A stretch of DNA of 64,000 nt from Gemmatimonadota bacterium (GCA_965116475.1 OZ220691.1:448001-512000), one strand, 5' to 3'. Shown: positions 54,954 through 64,000, counted from the stretch's first letter. The notes: generated from the sequence alone by a model not told the origin. Made by a program: numbers and translations.

Positions 54954-56507
54954 TCAGCTCGAAATGTACTTCTTCGTGACGTCGGTGTCGGCGGGATGGG
55001 CGAGGAGCCGGAACTCGTCGAGGCCGAGCAGCGGGTCATCGCGCAGATCGAGCGCGATCCCGCCGCTGCTTCTCATTCGGCCCAGGAATTCGCGCTCGCG
55101 CTCCAGCAGGTGGAGAGCGATCACCGGGTGCGTGAGGATCGTGATCCCGTTCTCCCGGCCGGCCGCGGCGACCCGGTCCAGCGCCCGCTCCAGCCGGCGC
55201 ACCACCGTCTCGGAGGCGAGGATTCTCCCCGCGCCCTCGCAGTACGGACACGGTTCCATCATCCGCTGGTGCAGGCTGGGGCTCACGCGTTGCCGGCTGA
55301 GCTGCAGCAGTCCGAGTTCGGAGAGCCCGAATGCCTTCGTGCGTGCGCGGTCGTGGCCCAGCAGCGTCCTCATCTGCTGCACGACCCTGTTGCGCGACTC
55401 CTCCTCGTTCATGTCGATGAAGTCGATGACGATGATCCCGCCCACGTCGCGCAGGCGGAGCTGGCGCGCAATCTCTCCCGCCGCCTCGAGGTTCGTCTTG
55501 AGGATGGTCTTCGCCGGGTCGCGACGGCCCGTGTAGCGCCCCGTGTTCACGTCGATCGAGACGAGGGCCTCGGTCTGCTCGATCACGACGTGGCCGCCCG
55601 ATTTCAGGTGCACGGTGCGGCGGAACGCGCGCCGGATCTCCTCCTCGATTCCGAACTCGTCGAAGATGGGCGCGGCGCCGTCGTACCGGCTCACCCGCTC
55701 GAGCAGATCCGGGTCCACCTGTCCCAGGTAGGAGCGGATCTCGTGGTACAGCTCCGCCGAATCCACCGTGAGCAGGTCGATCCGGTCGCTGAACAGGTCG
55801 CGGATGATGCCGGACGTCAGCCGCGCGTCCTGGTACACCAGCGCCGGCGCCTTCATCCCGTTCTGCCGGCGCCGCACCTTCCGCCACGTCTTGCGCAGCG
55901 ACTTGAGTTCCCGCTCGCAGGCTTCCTTCGTCATCTCCTCGCCCACGGTCCGGACGATGACGCCGCCGTCGTCGCCGAGGACGTCCCGCACCATGCGCCG
56001 CAGGCGGACGCGCGTCTCCCGGTCGCCGATCTTGCGGCTGACGCCGACATGGGAGGAGTCGGGGATGTACACGAGGAAGCGGCCGGGGAGGGAGACCTGC
56101 GTCGTGACGCGGGCCCCCTTCGTGCCGATGGGTTCCTTCACGACCTGCACGAGGAGCGTCTGATCCTTGCGGATCGCCTCCTCGATGCGGGGAGCGTTCT
56201 CGTTGCGCGCCCGCCGGCGCCCGCCGTTCCGTTCCCGTCCCCCGTTCCCCTCGCCGTCGGGATCTTCGTCGGGCTGTAGATCGGAGGCGTGCAGGAAGGC
56301 GGACTTCTCGGCGCCGATGTCGACGAAGGCGGCTTGAAGTCCGGGCACGATCGCCTCGACCGCACCGAGATAGATGTCGCCGGCGATGCGGCGCTCGTCG
56401 GGCCGTTCGTACATCAGTTCGACGAGCTTGCGGTCTTCTACGATCGCGACCCGTTTCTCGCGGGTCGTGGCGTTTACGACGATCTCGCGGCGCACGTCAG
56501 CGCGCAC
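54954..56507 (-). CDS. rng: Rne/Rng family ribonuclease (RNase G-sized)
   Basis: GDIYLG...PGLQAAFVDIG, QVVKEPIGTKGAR, SIDVNTG, LRLRDVGGIIVIDFIDM, CPYCEGAG; GTG 56495 is an alternative start. Confidence 0.92.
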   Translation of the reverse strand: MRADVRREIVVNATTREKRVAIVEDRKLVELMYERPDERRIAGDIYLGAVEAIVPGLQAAFVDIGAEKSAFLHASDLQPDEDPDGEGNGGRERNGGRRRARNENAPRIEEAIRKDQTLLVQVVKEPIGTKGARVTTQVSLPGRFLVYIPDSSHVGVSRKIGDRETRVRLRRMVRDVLGDDGGVIVRTVGEEMTKEACERELKSLRKTWRKVRRRQNGMKAPALVYQDARLTSGIIRDLFSDRIDLLTVDSAELYHEIRSYLGQVDPDLLERVSRYDGAAPIFDEFGIEEEIRRAFRRTVHLKSGGHVVIEQTEALVSIDVNTGRYTGRRDPAKTILKTNLEAAGEIARQLRLRDVGGIIVIDFIDMNEEESRNRVVQQMRTLLGHDRARTKAFGLSELGLLQLSRQRVSPSLHQRMMEPCPYCEGAGRILASETVVRRLERALDRVAAAGRENGITILTHPVIALHLLEREREFLGRMRSSGGIALDLRDDPLLGLDEFRLLAHPADTDVTKKYISS

Positions 56508-56705
56508 ACGGGTTCGCCGCGCCCGATTGTGCTACCAGAGGGCTGGCATCCTGTAAGACTCGATTCTTCGCTGCGAACCGCCGGCCGCTACCCGGGGGTT
56601 CGTGTATCTCTTCGTTACTTCCCGGTTTCCCTGCGTTACTGCTCCGGCTTCCCCTGCCCGGTCTCCGCTGACGGCCGTGACGTACGACCGAACGGCTACC
56701 TCAAA

Positions 56706-57932
56706 CTAATCGAGGGAGCCCGCTTCGCGCAGCATCTCCCTTGAAATCACGATCTTCAGAATCTCGCTCGTTCCCTCGCCGATCTCCGTGATCTTCGCGT
56801 CCCGCATCATCCGTTCGACGGGGTACTCGCGCGAATAGCCGTACCCGCCGTGCAGTTGCACCGCCATCGTGGTCACGTCCATCGCCGTCTCCGAGGCGAA
56901 GAGCTTGGCCATTGCGGCCTCCTTCTTGTGCCTCGTCCCCGCCATCCGGAGGCGCGCGGCGTGGTGCATCATGAGCCGCGCCGCGTGAATGCGCGTCTGC
57001 GCTTCGGCCAGCATGAAACGGACGCCCTGGAAGTCGTGGATCTTCTTCTTGAACTGCTTCCGCTCGCCCGTGTAGCGGACCGTCTGGTCCAGCGCCCCCT
57101 GCGCGATCCCGATCGCGTGGGCGGCGATCCCGACCCGTCCGCCGTCAAGGGTGTCGAGGAAGATGGGGAAGCCCCGGTCCACCTCGCCGAGCACGTTTTC
57201 CTCCGGCACCTCCACGTCCTCCAGGGTGAGCTCGCGCGTGTCGGACGCGTTCCAGCCCAGCTTGCGCAGCTTCTCTCCGGCGCTGAACCCCGGCATCGGG
57301 TCGAGGTCGGCGGAGTGGCCGAAGCCGACGCGCGCGGCGTCTTCGAGGTCGCACGTCTCCTTGGTGAGGACGAACGCCGTGATGCCGCGCGAGCCCTTCT
57401 CGGGCGACGTGAGGGCGCCGACGACGAACACCTCGCCCACCCCCCCGTGCGTGATCCACGTCTTGCGGCCGTTGAGGATCCACCGGTCGCCGGCCTTCCG
57501 GGCCGTCGTCCGCATGCCGCCCGCGTCGGAACCCGAACCCGGCTCCGTGAGCCCGAATCCCCCGAGCACGCGGCCGCTCGCCAGCGGCCGGAGGAAGCGT
57601 TCCTTCTGGGCCTCCGTCCCCCAGCGCGCGATCGGGGTCGCGGCCAGGCTCGTGTGCGCCCCGATCATGATTGAATGACTCGCGTCCACGCGGGCGAGTT
57701 CCTCCACGGCGATCGACGCGGCGAGCAGGTCCATGCCGGCGCCGCCGATCCCCTCCTCGAAGGGAATCCCGAACAGCCCCAGCTCGGACATGAGGGCGCC
57801 GGTATCCCACGGAAAATCCTCCGATTCATCGTAGCGGGCGGCGACGGGAGCGATCTCCGCTTCGGCGAACTCCCGCACCATCTCGCGCATCATCTCGTGG
57901 TGGTCTTCCAGGTAGAAACTCGGGTCTCCCAT
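56706..57932 (-). CDS. Acyl-CoA dehydrogenase (short/branched-chain type)
   Basis: GFGLTEPGSGSDAG, LNGRKTWIT, LDGGRVGIAA, QLHGGYGY, ITEIGEGTSEI. Confidence 0.93.
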   Translation of the reverse strand: MGDPSFYLEDHHEMMREMVREFAEAEIAPVAARYDESEDFPWDTGALMSELGLFGIPFEEGIGGAGMDLLAASIAVEELARVDASHSIMIGAHTSLAATPIARWGTEAQKERFLRPLASGRVLGGFGLTEPGSGSDAGGMRTTARKAGDRWILNGRKTWITHGGVGEVFVVGALTSPEKGSRGITAFVLTKETCDLEDAARVGFGHSADLDPMPGFSAGEKLRKLGWNASDTRELTLEDVEVPEENVLGEVDRGFPIFLDTLDGGRVGIAAHAIGIAQGALDQTVRYTGERKQFKKKIHDFQGVRFMLAEAQTRIHAARLMMHHAARLRMAGTRHKKEAAMAKLFASETAMDVTTMAVQLHGGYGYSREYPVERMMRDAKITEIGEGTSEILKIVISREMLREAGSLD

Positions 57933-58212
57933 TCACTCCTCGGTTCGGTGCGTACGGCCGGCGTCGGAATCGCGACTGCTCGCGCGCCGGGGTCGTGTGC
58001 GTGGCCCGGCGGCGGGCGGGCTGTGACTTCGGGACGCCGCGCGCCTAACGTACCGGCGGCGGGCCTTCCGCCCAAACGTTTGGCAGAAACGGCAGAAACG
58101 GAAGGGCCGGACGCGTCACGATCGGGCTCCGGCAGGCGTTGACCCTATGGATGGCAAGGGTGCAAGCCCGCGGCGCTCTTCGCGTACCGGCAACGGTGTG
58201 GAGGGGAGAACC

Positions 58213-58728
58213 GTGGACTTCGAGGCGGCATACAAGAGCCACTGGACGCCACTGCTCCGGTATGTCGACCGGATGGTGGGTGACGCCGACCTTGCGGCGG
58301 ACGTCGTACAGGAAGCGTTCATTCGGCTGTTGGAACAGGCTCTTCCGGACGAGGAGGTGCGGCGCTGGCTGTTCACGGTGGCGACGAACCTGGTGCGGGA
58401 CGACGCTCGCATGAGCTCGCGGCGGCGGCGGTTGCTGGCGGAGCGCTACGAGCAGATGGACCTCGCACCCGATCCGGCGGAGTCGCCGGACGAACCGGTC
58501 TTGCGGGCTGAGCGGGTCGCGGCGGTGCGCGCCGCGCTGGCGGAGATGCCCGAACGGGATCGTCAGTTGCTGTTGATGAGAGAGGAAGGATTCCGGTACG
58601 CCGAGATCGCCGAGGCGATCGAAGTCGCGCCGGGGTCGGTGGGAACGCTGCTTGCGCGGGCACTGCGCCGGTTCACCGAGGCGCTGGATCCGCGGATCGT
58701 GGAGGACGAGACCGGTCGGGGCCGGTGA
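58213..58728 (+). CDS. ECF sigma factor
   Basis: AADVVQEAFIRL, WLFTVATNLVRD, region 4 LLMREEGFRYAEIAEAIEVAPGSVGTLLARA; GGGGAG RBS before GTG 58213. Confidence 0.9.
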   Translation: MDFEAAYKSHWTPLLRYVDRMVGDADLAADVVQEAFIRLLEQALPDEEVRRWLFTVATNLVRDDARMSSRRRRLLAERYEQMDLAPDPAESPDEPVLRAERVAAVRAALAEMPERDRQLLLMREEGFRYAEIAEAIEVAPGSVGTLLARALRRFTEALDPRIVEDETGRGR

Positions 58729-58796
58729 GGGGGGGACGATGGGTGACCGGTCGGGATGCGACTGGAAATCTGCGTTGAAAATAGTGAGGATTGAGT

Positions 58797-59570
58797 ATGT
58801 CTACGCGTGAACAGCCACAGGTCGACGACGGAGCGCTGCTCGCTCTGCTCGACGGTGAGCTGACCACAGCAGAACGGAGATCCGTCGAAAAGCGCGTGGC
58901 GGCGTGCCCGGATTCGCGGGCGCGCCTCGACGAAATGCGCTTTGCGATGCGGCGCGCGACGGCAGCGCTCGACCTGCTTTCGCTGCCGGAATCGCCGCTC
59001 GAGATGCCGGCGGCGTTGCGGGAAGCCGCGCACGGCGCGCCGGCATCTCTCGCGAGCGCGAGGGCCCGGCGCTGGGCACGGCTGAGCCGCCGCTCCGTCG
59101 CGGTGGCCGCGGGGATTACGCTTTTCGTCGCCGCGGGCGCCTGGGCGGTGCCGGGATCGCCGGTCAGGGGCTGGGTCGACGGCGGGATCGATGCGGTGGC
59201 GGCCTGGATCGCGGGCGATCCCCAGGTCGCCGGGGACGCCGGACCTTCCCGGGTGTCGGTGGCTCCCCACGACGGCGCGGTACGCATCATGGTCGTCGGC
59301 GGGCGCGAAGACGCGCGGTTGACGGTCGAACTGTCCGACGAGGAGACGGCCACGGTCGCGGCCCGTGACGCGAGCTTCCACGTGGAGCCGGGCGTCATCG
59401 AGGTTACGGGAGCGGCGGACGAGATCCGCGTGACCTTGCCGCGGAACGCCGCGATCGGTTCTGTAGTCATCGATGAGAGCGAGGTCGTCCGCCTCGAGGA
59501 TGGTGAGTTGCGGCGCACGGATTCGTCGGCTGCAAGTCGCGTGGAGATCTTTCTCGGCACCGACGGGTAG
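58797..59570 (+). CDS. Membrane-anchored anti-sigma factor (zf-HC2-like ASD, degenerate)
   Basis: LLALLDGEL...VEKRVAACPDSRARL, single TM (VAVAAGITLFVAAGAWAVPGSP), periplasmic beta-rich domain; directly follows the ECF gene. Confidence 0.75.
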   Translation: MSTREQPQVDDGALLALLDGELTTAERRSVEKRVAACPDSRARLDEMRFAMRRATAALDLLSLPESPLEMPAALREAAHGAPASLASARARRWARLSRRSVAVAAGITLFVAAGAWAVPGSPVRGWVDGGIDAVAAWIAGDPQVAGDAGPSRVSVAPHDGAVRIMVVGGREDARLTVELSDEETATVAARDASFHVEPGVIEVTGAADEIRVTLPRNAAIGSVVIDESEVVRLEDGELRRTDSSAASRVEIFLGTDG

Positions 59571-59575
59571 CAGCG

Positions 59576-59614
59576 CAGGTCACGGACGCCGCCATGGCGG
59601 ACGACGGTGACCTG
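59576..59614. other. Nested inverted repeats between anti-sigma and TBDR genes
   Basis: CAGGTCAC...GTGACCTG (8 bp) enclosing the palindrome CCGCCATGGCGG. Confidence 0.45.
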
Positions 59615-59647
59615 ACGGACGCCTAACGTCGAGGGGTGGATCCCGGG

Positions 59648-61972
59648 ATGACGAAGCCCATGTACCGAAGGTCGGGGCCCGTCTCCCATCCGTGGCGATT
59701 CGCGATCCTCCTCGCCTCGGTTGCGACCTGCCTGTTCGCGCCGCCGGCTCTCGCTCAGGATCCCCCGCCGCTCCCGCCTTCGGAAGACGCGCCGGTCGTC
59801 GGCGCCGTCTTCGGCCGCGTACTGCGCGCCGAGTCCCAGACGCCGATCGCGGCCGCTTCGGTGGAGATCCGCTTTCCCGCGTTTTCCTGGTTCCTCGTTA
59901 CGGACGACGACGGCTTCTACCGGGCGGAAGGGCTTCCGGCGGGACCCATCCATCTCGTCGCGCGGGCACTGGATCGGGATCCGCTCGCCGCCAGCATCGT
60001 GGTGCCCGCGGGCGGTGACGTGCCGCTCGACCTGGCGCTGGAGCGGCGGCCCGTCGCGATGCCGAGCCTGTTCGCCCACATCCTCGCCCGGCGCCTGCCC
60101 GCTCCGGGCCTCACCCGCGCCGGGTTCCGGGAGGAGGGGGAAACGGAACTCCGCGCGCTGGATTCGTCTCCGGGCGTGGCGGAGGCGGGTCTGACGCTGG
60201 ACGAGACCGGCATCGATCCCTCGGATCCGACCAGCGTGCTCTACGTGCGGGGCGCCGCGTCGGACCTCAAGCTCGTGCTGCTCGATGGCGCGCCGGTCTA
60301 CGCGCCGTTCCACCTCAGCGGACTCCTCGACGCGTTCCCGGACGGCGTGCTCGACGAAGCGTCCCTGTACATCGGTGGCACGCCGGCCCGCTACGACGGG
60401 GGACTCTCCTACGTCCTCGACCTCAAGATTCGAGAGGGAGACGCCGAGGCGTTCCACGTCGCCGGCGCGGCGGACCTTCTGGGCGGCACGCTGCGGGCGG
60501 AGGGCCCGATCGGCCCCGATGGGCGGGTTCTCCTCAGCGGACGAGCGCTTCACGGACTCGGGTATCCGGTCATCGCGAGCGAGGAGGAGATGCCGTACGG
60601 GTACGGCGACCTCCTGGGCCGGCTCGACTATCGCCTGGGGCCCGGAAAGTTCACGGCCACCGGATTCTGGAACCGCGAATCCGTGCTGCTCGACATCGGC
60701 CGGCTGGAGGACGCCGGGGCCGTGGAGTCGGCCTACTGGGGCAACCTGGCGGGGTCGGCGAGCTATCGCGTCCCGCTGGCCGACGGCACGTTCACGCTGA
60801 GGGGCGCCCACGGACGGTTCGGCACGGGCCTGCCGTTGCCGCGCGACAAGGAGCTGGATTTCGAGGTCTCCTTCGCCGACGTCATCGCACGGACCGTGCG
60901 AACCCGCGCCGAGGCGCTGTTCGAGTCGGGAGGGCGCGAGATTCGCTGGGCCGCGGGCGGCGGATTCGACTCGTACGAGACCGTGGTGGACCGGCGGACC
61001 GTACTCGGCGGCCGAACTGCACACGACCTGACCCACGCGGTGCGACGCGCCGACGTCGTGGCCGGCTGGGGCGAGGCCATCTGGGAAGTCGCCCCCGAGG
61101 TCGAGGTGAGGGGGGGATTCCGAACGAGCTATTTCGCCCCTTCCCGCCGCGCGAAGTTCGCGCCGCGGGGCACCGTCACCTGGCACCTCACGGAAGCGGC
61201 GGACCTCCGCCTCTCCGCCGGGAGGTTCTACCAGGTCGTGCGCGGACCCGAATCGATCCTCTCGGGGGACCTCACCGGACCCACCATCGGCGGCGTCCTG
61301 CCCAGGCTCGATCCCGACCATATCCCGTTGACGACGCCGGGGTCGAGTATCGCGGGCGCCTCCCACCTGGTGGTCGGATTCGAGAACGCGCTCGAGAACG
61401 GCGTCGACGTCGGCATCGAAGCCTACCTCAAGTCCTTCGACGATCTCCCGGACGCCAATCAACTCTACTCGTGGGGCGGGGACCTCTGGGTGCAGGCGAA
61501 GGAGGGTCCGGTGCGGGGCTGGGTCGGCTACTCGATCGCCTTCGTGTGGACGACCGACCCGGCAGAAGAGACGCCGTTCGTGGGCCGGCAGCTCCTGAGC
61601 GGCGGACTCTCCTCGGCGGTCCGCGAGTTCGACTTCGGGATCCGGCTCGCCTACGGAGCCGGTCTGTCCTTCGCGTCCGTGACCGGCGGAAGCGAGGAGA
61701 AGGGCGCTCCGACCGGTGATGATCCGCTGCCGGTGCTCTCCGGCGCGCCGGAGGACTCGTATCTCCGGGTCGACGCGGAGATTTCGCGACGCTGGGTCGC
61801 GAGCATCGGCCGCTCGTCCGTCGTGATCGCCCCGTACGTGCGCGTGCTCAACGCGCTGGATCGCCGGGACGCGCTCTTCTATCAGACCACGTCGGACCAG
61901 CCGCTCACGCGTCCGGCCCCGCTCGCTTCCCTCCCCGTGATCGCCATCTTCGGCGTGTCGTGGTCGTTCTGA
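59648..61972 (+). CDS. TonB-dependent receptor-like outer membrane protein with N-terminal carboxypeptidase-regulatory-like domain
   Basis: Signal peptide; GRVL...PIAAASV...TDDDGFY; plug LYVRG...LLDGAPVYAPFHLSG, PARYDGGLS; C-terminal VSWSF. Confidence 0.82.
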   Translation: MTKPMYRRSGPVSHPWRFAILLASVATCLFAPPALAQDPPPLPPSEDAPVVGAVFGRVLRAESQTPIAAASVEIRFPAFSWFLVTDDDGFYRAEGLPAGPIHLVARALDRDPLAASIVVPAGGDVPLDLALERRPVAMPSLFAHILARRLPAPGLTRAGFREEGETELRALDSSPGVAEAGLTLDETGIDPSDPTSVLYVRGAASDLKLVLLDGAPVYAPFHLSGLLDAFPDGVLDEASLYIGGTPARYDGGLSYVLDLKIREGDAEAFHVAGAADLLGGTLRAEGPIGPDGRVLLSGRALHGLGYPVIASEEEMPYGYGDLLGRLDYRLGPGKFTATGFWNRESVLLDIGRLEDAGAVESAYWGNLAGSASYRVPLADGTFTLRGAHGRFGTGLPLPRDKELDFEVSFADVIARTVRTRAEALFESGGREIRWAAGGGFDSYETVVDRRTVLGGRTAHDLTHAVRRADVVAGWGEAIWEVAPEVEVRGGFRTSYFAPSRRAKFAPRGTVTWHLTEAADLRLSAGRFYQVVRGPESILSGDLTGPTIGGVLPRLDPDHIPLTTPGSSIAGASHLVVGFENALENGVDVGIEAYLKSFDDLPDANQLYSWGGDLWVQAKEGPVRGWVGYSIAFVWTTDPAEETPFVGRQLLSGGLSSAVREFDFGIRLAYGAGLSFASVTGGSEEKGAPTGDDPLPVLSGAPEDSYLRVDAEISRRWVASIGRSSVVIAPYVRVLNALDRRDALFYQTTSDQPLTRPAPLASLPVIAIFGVSWSF

Positions 61973-63272
61973 CGCTCCGGCCGCGGGCGCGCACGGGCGC
62001 GGCCCGGGCGCGATCGCAGTTGTCGCAGCCGTCGCAGACCGGAGCGCGTTCGCCGAAGTAGGCGGCGATGGCCGCCCGGCGGCAGGCGGCGGTCGCGATG
62101 TAGGCCTGCATGGCGGCGTGCCGTTCGGCGTGGGCGGCGGCCCGGGCCGAGCCGGGCGGCGGGCTGCCCGGCCGGGGGCGCTCGCGCCGGCCGAACGGAA
62201 GGGCGCGGCGGCGCTTCCCGCGGATCGCGACCATCGCGCAGCGCGCCGGTTCGCCGTCACGGCCGGCGCGACCCGCTTCCTGGACGTACTCCTCCAGCGA
62301 CCCCGGGGCGCCGAGATGCGCGACGAGGCGCACGTGCGGGTGGTCGATCCCCATGCCGAAGGCGGTCGTGGCGCAGACCACGCGAATGCTCCCGTCCAGG
62401 AAGGCCCGCTGCGTCGCCTGGCGGCGCTCGATCGGCAGACGCGCATGGTACGGCGCGCTGGGCACCCCGGTCCGCGAGAGTGCGATCGCGAGCTGCGCGC
62501 TCAGCCCACGAGTGCGCGCGTAGACGATCGCCGACGCCCCCCGGCAAGCCATCACCTCGCGCCGCACGCGCCGATACGCCTCGCGCGTATCCCGGGCCAT
62601 CTCCACCGAGTAGCGCAAGTTCGGGCGGTTGGCGGGCACGAAGATGCGGATCGCCCCCTCCATCCGCAGGAACCGCTCGATCTCGCGCCGCGTTCGCCAC
62701 GTGGCGGTGGCGGTGAGCGCCGTCAGCGGCGGGCTCCCCAGCCTCTCCCTCGCACGCCCGATCCGCAGGTAGGAGGGACGGAAGTCGTGCCCCCACTGCG
62801 AGACGCAGTGCGCCTCGTCCACCGCGATGCCCGCCACGCCGATGTCGCGCAGCCGCTCGCACACGGCCCGGTTTTCGAGGCGCTCGGGCGCGAGGTACAG
62901 GAGGTCGAGTTCGCCGCGGCGGGCGCGCGCGAGCGCCCGGCTTACCTCCTCCCGCGGCGTGGCGCTCGTCCAGCCGAGCACGCGCATGCCCCGGCGCGCG
63001 GCCCCGGCGACCTGGTCCTCGATGAGCGAGATGAGCGGCGAAACGACGAGCGTCGCCCGCGGATGCAGCAGCGCGGGGATCTGGAAGCAGACCGATTTGC
63101 CGAAGCCCGTCGGCAGCACCGCGAGGGTGTCCCGGCCGCTGAGCACGGCCTCCACCACGCGCGACTGCGCCGGACGGAAGTCGTCGTAGCCGAATCGGTC
63201 CCTCAGCAGGGCGCGCGCGTCATCGAGAGTGGCCGCCGGGCGGCCCGCGCCGCTGCAGTCGTCGGTATGCAC
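61905..63272 (-). CDS. recQ: RecQ-family helicase (short form, no HRDC)
   Basis: FRPAQ, LPTGFGKSVCFQ, VDEAHCVSQWGHDFRP, ALTATA, ATTAFGMGID, YVQEAGRAGRDG, zinc site CRR...CDGCDNC. Confidence 0.9.
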   Translation of the reverse strand: MHTDDCSGAGRPAATLDDARALLRDRFGYDDFRPAQSRVVEAVLSGRDTLAVLPTGFGKSVCFQIPALLHPRATLVVSPLISLIEDQVAGAARRGMRVLGWTSATPREEVSRALARARRGELDLLYLAPERLENRAVCERLRDIGVAGIAVDEAHCVSQWGHDFRPSYLRIGRARERLGSPPLTALTATATWRTRREIERFLRMEGAIRIFVPANRPNLRYSVEMARDTREAYRRVRREVMACRGASAIVYARTRGLSAQLAIALSRTGVPSAPYHARLPIERRQATQRAFLDGSIRVVCATTAFGMGIDHPHVRLVAHLGAPGSLEEYVQEAGRAGRDGEPARCAMVAIRGKRRRALPFGRRERPRPGSPPPGSARAAAHAERHAAMQAYIATAACRRAAIAAYFGERAPVCDGCDNCDRARAAPVRARGRSVRTTTTRRRWRSRGGKRAGPDA

Positions 63273-63349
63273 ACCCCTCGATGCGCCGCGCGATCAACGC
63301 GGGATCAACAGGGGGCGGCGAACGCCTCCGATGGCGCCCCCTGGCCGGG

Positions 63350-63556
63350 TCAGGCCTTGGTGCGCCCCAGGCGGAGGACGACGGCGGCGACGAGGAGGCC
63401 GCAGCCGGTGCCGGCCACGAAATCCTGCTCCGTGAACGCGCCGGTGAACCAGGTGGCGCCCCCGGCCAGGCCGAGACCGATCTGCAGCCGCAGCCACCAG
63501 TCGCGGCCCGCCGTCGCCGCCCCCGTCCGGTCGTCCAAGCCGCGGTCGGCGGTCAC
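63350..63556 (-). CDS. Small two-TM membrane protein
   Basis: GTG overlaps the upstream stop (GTGA); two hydrophobic segments (LQIGLGLAGGATWFTGAF; VAGTGCGLLVAAVVL). Confidence 0.55.
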   Translation of the reverse strand: MTADRGLDDRTGAATAGRDWWLRLQIGLGLAGGATWFTGAFTEQDFVAGTGCGLLVAAVVLRLGRTKA

Positions 63557-64000
63557 TCGTCGATCGGGCGGGCGACGGGCGTCTCGTCGCCCGCTTCTCC
63601 CCAGCCCAGCGTCGCGCCGGCGATCGTCCCCCACAGCACGTTGACCGCGAGGATGGAGAAGACGGCGAACACGCCCCGCCCCACGTAGAGCGCCAGCGCG
63701 GATATGAGCGGGAGGTCCCCTCTCGCGAAGTCCAGCGCGGGCTCGCCGAGGCCGAGCCGGATGACGACGTAGAGGGTCGGCGCCAGCGCGAAGGTCGCGC
63801 CGCGGGCGGCCGGCGAGCCGGACAGGTAGGTGTAGAGCACGCCGAGCATGAGGCCCCACACCGCGCCGCTTCCGAGGTGCGACAGGAACTCCGCCCCCGT
63901 CCACCCCGATGTCAGGCCCATGCTCACCGCTCCGATCGAGCCGAACGTGGCCACGACCGTGCGCGCCGCGGCGGAAACCGCGGCGCCGAGGAGTCCGCCG
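63553..64000 (-). CDS. Membrane protein of unknown function, 5' end beyond the window
   Basis: Frame open to the window edge; several hydrophobic helices (HLGSGAVWGLMLGVLY; NVLWGTIAG). Confidence 0.65.
   Translation of the reverse strand, partial: GGLLGAAVSAAARTVVATFGSIGAVSMGLTSGWTGAEFLSHLGSGAVWGLMLGVLYTYLSGSPAARGATFALAPTLYVVIRLGLGEPALDFARGDLPLISALALYVGRGVFAVFSILAVNVLWGTIAGATLGWGEAGDETPVARPIDE

Noticed and set aside
56508..56705. 6S RNA or tRNA in the rng upstream gap
   Set aside because: No cloverleaf or T-loop motif and no end-to-end rod with central bubble that I can see; kept only as a candidate leader.
58673..62446. 1257-aa minus-strand ORF opposite the anti-sigma/TBDR genes
   Set aside because: Antisense shadow ORF with no domain motifs; the plus strand carries coherent genes.

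Overview
High-GC bacterial chromosomal window with about 46 protein-coding genes. I saw no rRNA, tRNA, CRISPR array or transposase. Contents in order: (1) the tail of an acyl-CoA/aromatic catabolic operon (crotonases, thiolase, GNAT, 3-hydroxyacyl-CoA dehydrogenase, class III aminotransferase, SDR); (2) a type I PKS locus matching the sponge-symbiont 'Sup' architecture (KS-AT-DH-MT-ER-KR-ACP-KS0-AT0, free ACP, alpha/beta hydrolase, NCS2 permease with a degenerate C-terminal HATPase-like domain); (3) a flippase-like/PLD/YkvI operon; (4) a diheme DUF1592 / Tat DUF1552 / ankyrin trio; (5) an ABC-F ATPase and transporters; (6) an ACAD plus APH-kinase pair and an orphan Rieske oxygenase; (7) two toxin-antitoxin loci; (8) an exported PLP enzyme, a cupin and tandem Tat-lipoprotein amidohydrolases; (9) rng-rplU-rpmA; (10) an ECF sigma/anti-sigma/TonB-dependent receptor operon; (11) a short RecQ. 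Gene content suggests a diderm sponge-associated bacterium, possibly Gemmatimonadota (inference only). The most striking observations are ribosomal protein bL21 carrying an Ala/Pro/Lys/Glu linker plus a 2-oxoacid-dehydrogenase-type E3-binding (PSBD) domain; a HigA-VapB chimeric antitoxin whose VapC toxin has no canonical start before its first catalytic Asp; the PKS with a Tyr-to-His KR and a dead terminal KS-AT; and repeated short tandem duplications sitting on gene starts and stops. All family calls come from motif recognition by eye, not database searches.
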